A DNA stretch of 63,981 nt, counting the filler, from Candidatus Woesearchaeota archaeon (lineage in GTDB: Archaea > Nanobdellota > Nanobdellia > Woesearchaeales > WJIZ01): NCBI GenBank assembly GCA_018221205.1. It is 7 parts of 7 records of this genome, joined end to end, with 100 filler letters (N's around TTAATTAATTAA, not from the genome) between each part and the next. Parts side by side here need not be neighbours in the genome. Positions count along the whole stretch, not along the records: positions 55,613 to 61,528 come from JAAOYF010000011.1; positions 61,629 to 63,981 come from JAAOYF010000065.1; 5 more parts are not named here. The stretch is one strand, 5' to 3'. This document shows positions 58,897 through 63,981 of the stretch, one piece after another. A program made the translations under genes and the position numbers. A model generated the notes under the pieces. The model did no database searches, was not told where the DNA came from, and was given only the letters and a program-made list of their open reading frames with translations. How positions within the stretch are numbered: position 1 is the first letter of the stretch; each line of letters begins with the position of its first letter.

Positions 58897-60375
58897 TCAA
58901 TAATCGATGATATCCATCTCATCGACAACTTGTTTGACATAATCAATCTTGCTTTTGCTTCCTGCATAGACCGTAAACAGTCTTTTGCCTTTGCGAACAG
59001 TATCGCCAATATGCTTGTATAGATAGATGCCTGCACCTTTGGTCTGGGGGGCGCCAGCAATACGGGCAAGCTTCGCAATAAGGAGATTATCTATTGCCCG
59101 TATTCTTCCTGATTTCTGAGCAATGACATCATATTCAAAAGGCGCTAAAGGAATCTCTTCAGTCTTGATATTAGGATTACCGCCCTGCAACTTGATGATC
59201 TCTTTCATCTTTTCATACGCTTTTCCTGAAGAAAGGATCTGTTTTGCCAATGCCCTTCCATTCTTCCTGCCTATTAATTTGAAGAAATCTGCTGCCATCG
59301 TGATACATTTCCTTTCAAGATCAAGGGGCCTATCAGGACGTTGTTTGAGTACTTTCAGCACATCTCTCGCTTCCAATGCCGGTCCTAATCCATTGCCTAT
59401 AGGCTGCCTGCCGTCAGTCAACACAACTTTGATCTTCATGCCTAGCCGTGTACCGATTTGTAAGAATTTCCTTTTCAGATGCGAAGCTTTCTTCGTATTG
59501 GTTATTTTAGTATTTGGACCTATAGGGATATCAATGATGACATGAGAACTGCTTACCGAATTCTTTTTAGCAAGGATAGAAGCTAACAACTGGCTTTCCG
59601 CATCTATCATCAAAGGCTTTTCCACACTGATGATCTTATCGTCTGCAGGCGCTAATCGTAAAGCGCCTCCCCAGACAATGCATCCTTTTGCTTTCTTGAT
59701 GATCTTCTTCATCTTTGGAAGGGGAAAGACAACATCAGCAAGAACTTCCATCGTATCTGCAGTCCCGGCTGGACTGGTGATCGCCCTACTACTCGTTTTT
59801 GGCATGACATATCCTGCTGCTGCCATGATAGGGACAAGGATCATGGTCGTCCTGTTGCCAGGTATGCCTCCGATTGAATGCTTATCGATGACAATCTTGC
59901 TGTCGATATGAAGCCTATCTCCTTCCTTCACCATCGCTTTTGTCAAAAGCAGAGTCTCTTCCAGCGTATTCGGATTGCAGTAGCTTCCCGCAACAAAGAA
60001 GGTCAGCTCGACCTGGCTTAATTTATTATGGACAATGTCCCACACCAGCTGGTCAATCTCCTTTTTCGTGAGATGCTCACCATCCAGTTTCTTCTTGATA
60101 TAATCGATAGAAAGCGGTTTTTTAGCCAGCCGTATCCTCACCACATCCTTATTCTTCAGCTTTAGGGACGCAAGGACCTCATCATACACACCGATGAATC
60201 CTTTCGGGATAAGCGATTCGGTAATGTCGATGACAGCAGTCTCGATCTGTCCATTATAGAATATCTTGATACGATCAGCAGCATGCAAGTCAAGGACCTC
60301 TGCATCCTTCTCGTTGATGATAGCGACCAACGGACCCCCTGTTTCGGTCTTGAGGTGCTTAACCCTGAGCTTCAA
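58897..60375 (-). CDS. AMP phosphorylase (thymidine phosphorylase family)
   Basis: N-terminal beta-barrel extension; DKHSIGGIPGN, KTSSRAITS.AGTAD and APADD motifs. Confidence 0.92.
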   Translation of the reverse strand: MKLRVKHLKTETGGPLVAIINEKDAEVLDLHAADRIKIFYNGQIETAVIDITESLIPKGFIGVYDEVLASLKLKNKDVVRIRLAKKPLSIDYIKKKLDGEHLTKKEIDQLVWDIVHNKLSQVELTFFVAGSYCNPNTLEETLLLTKAMVKEGDRLHIDSKIVIDKHSIGGIPGNRTTMILVPIMAAAGYVMPKTSSRAITSPAGTADTMEVLADVVFPLPKMKKIIKKAKGCIVWGGALRLAPADDKIISVEKPLMIDAESQLLASILAKKNSVSSSHVIIDIPIGPNTKITNTKKASHLKRKFLQIGTRLGMKIKVVLTDGRQPIGNGLGPALEARDVLKVLKQRPDRPLDLERKCITMAADFFKLIGRKNGRALAKQILSSGKAYEKMKEIIKLQGGNPNIKTEEIPLAPFEYDVIAQKSGRIRAIDNLLIAKLARIAGAPQTKGAGIYLYKHIGDTVRKGKRLFTVYAGSKSKIDYVKQVVDEMDIIDY

Positions 60376-61399
60376 TTTCTTCCTCGTAGATCTTCAAGAA
60401 CACCATGGAGATGGAAAGGACAACCGGCCCGATGATGATACCGATAGGCCCGAAGAGGATGATGCCCCCTATAACACCTAGGAGTATGAAGACAGGATGT
60501 ACTTTTGCCTTGTCTGCAACAATTTTCGGCCTCACAAAATTGTCTGCGGTGCTGATGATAAGGCCCGCAATCAAGAGGCCTATTGCCTGACCAGGATGAT
60601 TCGTCAATGCCTTGATGATGACAGCAGGGACCCAGATGATAGGAGTCCCCATAAAAGGGACCAAAGCAAAGAAGAACATGGCTATTCCCCACAATATCGG
60701 AGAGGTAACACCAAAGATCGCAAATGCTATCCCTCCTAGCAGTCCTTGTCCGGCACTTATCAGAAGTTGGCCGTAGATGACAGCATACGTGACATCCTTA
60801 AGCTGGCCGATGATGTTCTTGCTATGTATCTTTTTGAGCGGAAGCAGATGTTTCACTTTATACATCAGGGATTCGCCTTCCTGAAGCAGATAGAAGACGA
60901 TGAAGATCATGATGAAGAAATGCAGGAAAAATATAGGTATGGAAAAGATGAAGTCGCTTGCTATGTTGATGAAGAAATCGGTTATCCGCTTGGTGAAATT
61001 GGTGAGAAGATTCTTGACTTGGGTATCAGTGACATATTTCTCGATGAAACCAGACAGATTACACAAGAGGGCATTTCCGCAATCCTCTCCTCCGATGTTT
61101 CCGGTCGCAAGAATCTGCTTGATGAAGATATAGTTGGTTGTTGCCTCCTCAGCTATGGTGTTGGTGATAAAGAAGATAGGTATGACGAACAATACCACGA
61201 TCGCCGCAGAGACGATGAGGGCAGAAATGAATTCCTTTTTGATATATTTCCGCAGAAATTTGTGCAGAGGATAGAAGAGATACGCAACCACAAAGCTTGC
61301 TAAGATCGTGCTGATGAATGGTTTCACGATGAGAAAAGTGAGGATGACGACTATGGCAAGCATCGCATAGAATGCGTATCGAGAAAGGTTCTTGGTCAT
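60359..61399 (-). CDS. AI-2E family transporter
   Basis: AYLFYP, DNFVRP, HP..LLGVIGG and GP motifs. Confidence 0.9.
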   Translation of the reverse strand: MTKNLSRYAFYAMLAIVVILTFLIVKPFISTILASFVVAYLFYPLHKFLRKYIKKEFISALIVSAAIVVLFVIPIFFITNTIAEEATTNYIFIKQILATGNIGGEDCGNALLCNLSGFIEKYVTDTQVKNLLTNFTKRITDFFINIASDFIFSIPIFFLHFFIMIFIVFYLLQEGESLMYKVKHLLPLKKIHSKNIIGQLKDVTYAVIYGQLLISAGQGLLGGIAFAIFGVTSPILWGIAMFFFALVPFMGTPIIWVPAVIIKALTNHPGQAIGLLIAGLIISTADNFVRPKIVADKAKVHPVFILLGVIGGIILFGPIGIIIGPVVLSISMVFLKIYEEEIEAQG

Positions 61400-61448
61400 G
61401 TAAAAAAACAAGTAGAGAATATATATAAAGGTTATGGACAACAGTTTT

Positions 61449-61528
61449 TTAATGCGAGCGTAGCGAGCACAGGGGTTTAATTCCCCGACCTTTAGGTCGA
61501 CTTCTTAGAAATATTTTTACGCGGCTAC
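61449..61528 (-). repeat. 80-nt multicopy element end, copy 3
   Basis: Reverse complement of 6525-6604. Confidence 0.85.
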
Positions 61529-61853
61529 NNNNNNNNNNNNNNNNNNNNNNNNNNNNNNNNNNNNNNNNNNNNTTAATTAATTAANNNNNNNNNNNNNNNN
61601 NNNNNNNNNNNNNNNNNNNNNNNNNNNNGGGGCAAAACAGCCCCGATTTGACTAAACTGTCAAATAGATTTTCCGGATATTTCAGCGGAGCTAAGTGTCA
61701 AACTTGGGTTAAAAAAGAAAAATGCCGTTAAATAAGAAAACTCGCCGAAGCTCGGTTCTGGCGAGATTCTGAAAGCTCAGCTTGCTGAGATTCAGCCTGC
61801 TCGAAAATCAAGGGATGATATAGTGATGGGTGTGTCCAGATGAATGCCTCACC

Positions 61854-63164
61854 TCAATATATCTCCGTCCCACCAACCTTGATGGTGTATTGTTTTTCGA
61901 TGGTGACTCCTGAGCCGGTTATCTTGATCTTGACTGGAAATGTGCCTTCCTCGAATTTGGGCTTGATGCGTATTGCCTTCCTGATCTCCATGCCTGACCT
62001 TAATGAGTTTACACTAACCTCTCCCCGTGTATCAAAGTACTCATCCATATCCGAGGTATCCACAAACACCTTTTCTATGTTCTCTTTTGTAGAATTATTC
62101 AGTATTATCATAATCTCGGCTGTTGAGCCTGGCTCCAGGAAATGTGGAACCTCGAGGATGACGGAGGATGAAAGGCAGTGGATTGCTTCTTCTTTGGCTT
62201 TGTGCTCTGCTTCTTCCCTCTTTCTCTCATCTTCTGCCAAACGTGCCTGGCATTCGGCTTCCTCCTTAGCCTTTCGGTCAGCTTCGTCCTTGGCTTTGTG
62301 CTCTGCTTCTTGCCTGCTTCTCTCCTCTTCAGCCTTCTTTTTCTTTCTGATCCTATCTTCCTTCTTCTCCCTCTTTGCCAATATTTCGGTAATTATTGAA
62401 ACAGCTTCTTTTGCATCTTGTTGTATATCATGACTCGAATCACCAAATCTTCTTTTCAATAGGGGGATAGATGACTCTTTTACTAGGCCCAGCTCTTTTG
62501 CTAATACCTTCAAACCTATTACCGAGCATTGCCGCATCATCTCGTCATTATCTGATAGAGTTCTCTCAAATAAAGGAATAGATGAATTTCTTCCAATGCC
62601 TCCATTGTCTGCCAAGCAAGCAAGAGCGAATGCTGCCCTCCAGCGTACCTCAAAATGGGAATCTCTCATATTGTTCTCAAGATAGGGTATAGATGATTTT
62701 TCCCTGATACCTTTCAGGGCCATACGACCTAAGGCAAAAGCAGCGTATGCCCGAACATGAAATACATTGTCTTCAAGGCTTTCATTAAGTTTAGGTATAT
62801 ACGTTGCATCACTAAAATAAACGCCCGTAACAAGTTCTTTTAGGGCAATTATTGCATTATTCCCAACTTTTGAATCAGAGTCCTTTGTAGCTCGAGCAAG
62901 CTTAAAAAAGGTTGACTCCCTGCCAATCTCTAATTTCGCGAGGTATCCTATGGCTCCTACTGCATTCTCACGAACTTCAGAATTTGAATCAAACAGGGCA
63001 TCTTCAAGGAAGGGTAACGATGAGGGATGACCAAAGTCATCATCTTTGGCTAGGCAAGCTAAGGCATAAGAAGCTTCATGGCGTTTTTCAGAATCAGTAT
63101 CCTGAAGTGCTCTGTTAAGCCCATCAATGTCTCTTTTTCTTTTCATCCTATCTATAGAAAACAA
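61854..63164 (-). CDS. HEAT-repeat protein with charged linker and conserved C-terminal beta-rich domain
   Basis: L.D....VR..AA.AL repeats; ends YTIKVGGTEIY; probable TTG start at 63164. Confidence 0.8.
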   Translation of the reverse strand: MFSIDRMKRKRDIDGLNRALQDTDSEKRHEASYALACLAKDDDFGHPSSLPFLEDALFDSNSEVRENAVGAIGYLAKLEIGRESTFFKLARATKDSDSKVGNNAIIALKELVTGVYFSDATYIPKLNESLEDNVFHVRAYAAFALGRMALKGIREKSSIPYLENNMRDSHFEVRWRAAFALACLADNGGIGRNSSIPLFERTLSDNDEMMRQCSVIGLKVLAKELGLVKESSIPLLKRRFGDSSHDIQQDAKEAVSIITEILAKREKKEDRIRKKKKAEEERSRQEAEHKAKDEADRKAKEEAECQARLAEDERKREEAEHKAKEEAIHCLSSSVILEVPHFLEPGSTAEIMIILNNSTKENIEKVFVDTSDMDEYFDTRGEVSVNSLRSGMEIRKAIRIKPKFEEGTFPVKIKITGSGVTIEKQYTIKVGGTEIY

Positions 63165-63175
63165 ATATCCACCCC

Positions 63176-63964
63176 TCAATATATCTCCGTCCCACCCACC
63201 TTGATGGTGTATTCCTTTTCGAGGGTGGCTCCAGAGCCAGTTATCTTGATCTTGATGGGTATAACTCCACTCTCGACCTTTGGCTTTATTCTCACAGTAT
63301 AATTTAAGGTCATTCCTGGTTTTAGTATTGGAACCTTGATAGCCCCCTCAATATCAAAGAATTGCTCCACATCTGAGAGATCAACAGAGATATTCTCTAA
63401 TGAATGTTCTGCATCATTTTTCATTCGGGCAGTGATTTCTGCGGATGTGCCATAGTCGATAAAATTTGGGATTAATAGTTCTATTGAAGATAATAGAACT
63501 TTTTCTGCATCTATTATTGAAATTTTGTATTCTTTAATTGTGGAAGCAGGTTCTTCATCATTCTTGGATTCTTGGTGTTGAGGTGGAGGAGGCGGGGGTA
63601 CTATTAGGGATGAATTTTGTTGAAGAAATATCGAACGTTGCTCAGTTATCATGCTATTGATATTATCATATTCGTCAGTGAGAAAAATTTTACCTGTAAT
63701 TGTAATTCTATTGCCCCATATACTTTTTTTAGGTGTAATATTATCAATTGCATTAAGAGGTATAATTGTAGACGCAGTATAGGTTTTTTTAAAAATTCCA
63801 GTAATATTTACAAATATTACTCTTTGATTTGTGAGTGTTAGATAACCATTTTGTACATTCTCTCCCCACTTATCAGTGTTGGTTACCTTATCCCAACATG
63901 CGAGTACTTGTTCATTTGGATAAAATAGAATTGCTTTATTCACCTCATCTGGTATTTGAATCAC
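63176..63964 (-). CDS. PH-like domain protein with poly-Pro linker and the same C-terminal domain
   Basis: GYLTLTNQRVIF (bacterial PH/GRAM-like); ends YTIKVGGTEIY; GTG start after GAGGTGA. Confidence 0.78.
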   Translation of the reverse strand: MIQIPDEVNKAILFYPNEQVLACWDKVTNTDKWGENVQNGYLTLTNQRVIFVNITGIFKKTYTASTIIPLNAIDNITPKKSIWGNRITITGKIFLTDEYDNINSMITEQRSIFLQQNSSLIVPPPPPPQHQESKNDEEPASTIKEYKISIIDAEKVLLSSIELLIPNFIDYGTSAEITARMKNDAEHSLENISVDLSDVEQFFDIEGAIKVPILKPGMTLNYTVRIKPKVESGVIPIKIKITGSGATLEKEYTIKVGGTEIY

Positions 63965-63981
63965 TCTATGTCACCTCAATA

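Noticed and set aside
55613..61528. Composite transposon bounded by inverted 80-nt repeats
   Set aside because: Cargo is housekeeping genes and both repeats run into gaps. Two independent insertions breaking the assembly is simpler.
61629..61800. Several hairpins and AGTGTCAAACTTGGG resembling an IS terminal repeat
   Set aside because: Single copy at a contig edge with no partner end or transposase; cannot be supported.
61854..61880. GGTEIY tail as a ubiquitin-like GG or proteasome HbYX motif
   Set aside because: Tyr is terminal rather than penultimate, and the domain looks like a beta-sandwich rather than a beta-grasp fold.
61854..63255. Possible DGR template/variable repeat pair
   Set aside because: Mismatches are not adenine-specific, both copies are coding, and no reverse transcriptase is seen.
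1..63981. CRISPR array, rRNA, integrase or intein
   Set aside because: No regularly spaced repeats, rRNA-like tracts or recombinase motifs seen. The LAGLIDADG ORFs lack intein splicing motifs and host exteins.

Overview
The window is seven assembly contigs joined by 100-nt N/TTAATTAATTAA spacers, so synteny across spacers means nothing. The source is an archaeon, most likely DPANN/Woesearchaeota-like. This is inferred from an archaeal histone, CarS, BHB-type tRNA introns, tRNA genes without encoded CCA and many class III (KxQ/RGQ) pilin-like proteins. Contents: an ADP-heptose operon with a divergent RHH/nucleotidyltransferase-like regulator, a type IV pilus-like locus with a large vWA adhesin, housekeeping genes (uppS, recJ, slyD, rnhB, smc, rpiB, panE, AMP phosphorylase, histone), phospholipid head-group genes (carS, pssA, double pgsA, psd), giant surface proteins, IS200/IS605 remnants and tiny hairpin elements. 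The most striking signal is a set of free-standing LAGLIDADG endonuclease cassettes at tRNA genes. At tRNA-iMet and tRNA-Ala the nuclease gene lies between an intact intron-bearing tRNA and a degenerate duplicate of one tRNA end, with no integrase. Two of the three LAGLIDADG genes share an ungapped, covarying 123-nt two-hairpin leader, and all three have the translation start or RBS buried in a hairpin. All four tRNA genes here carry insertions, including non-canonical introns at 53/54 and 59/60. Protein calls come from motif reading only; no searches were run.
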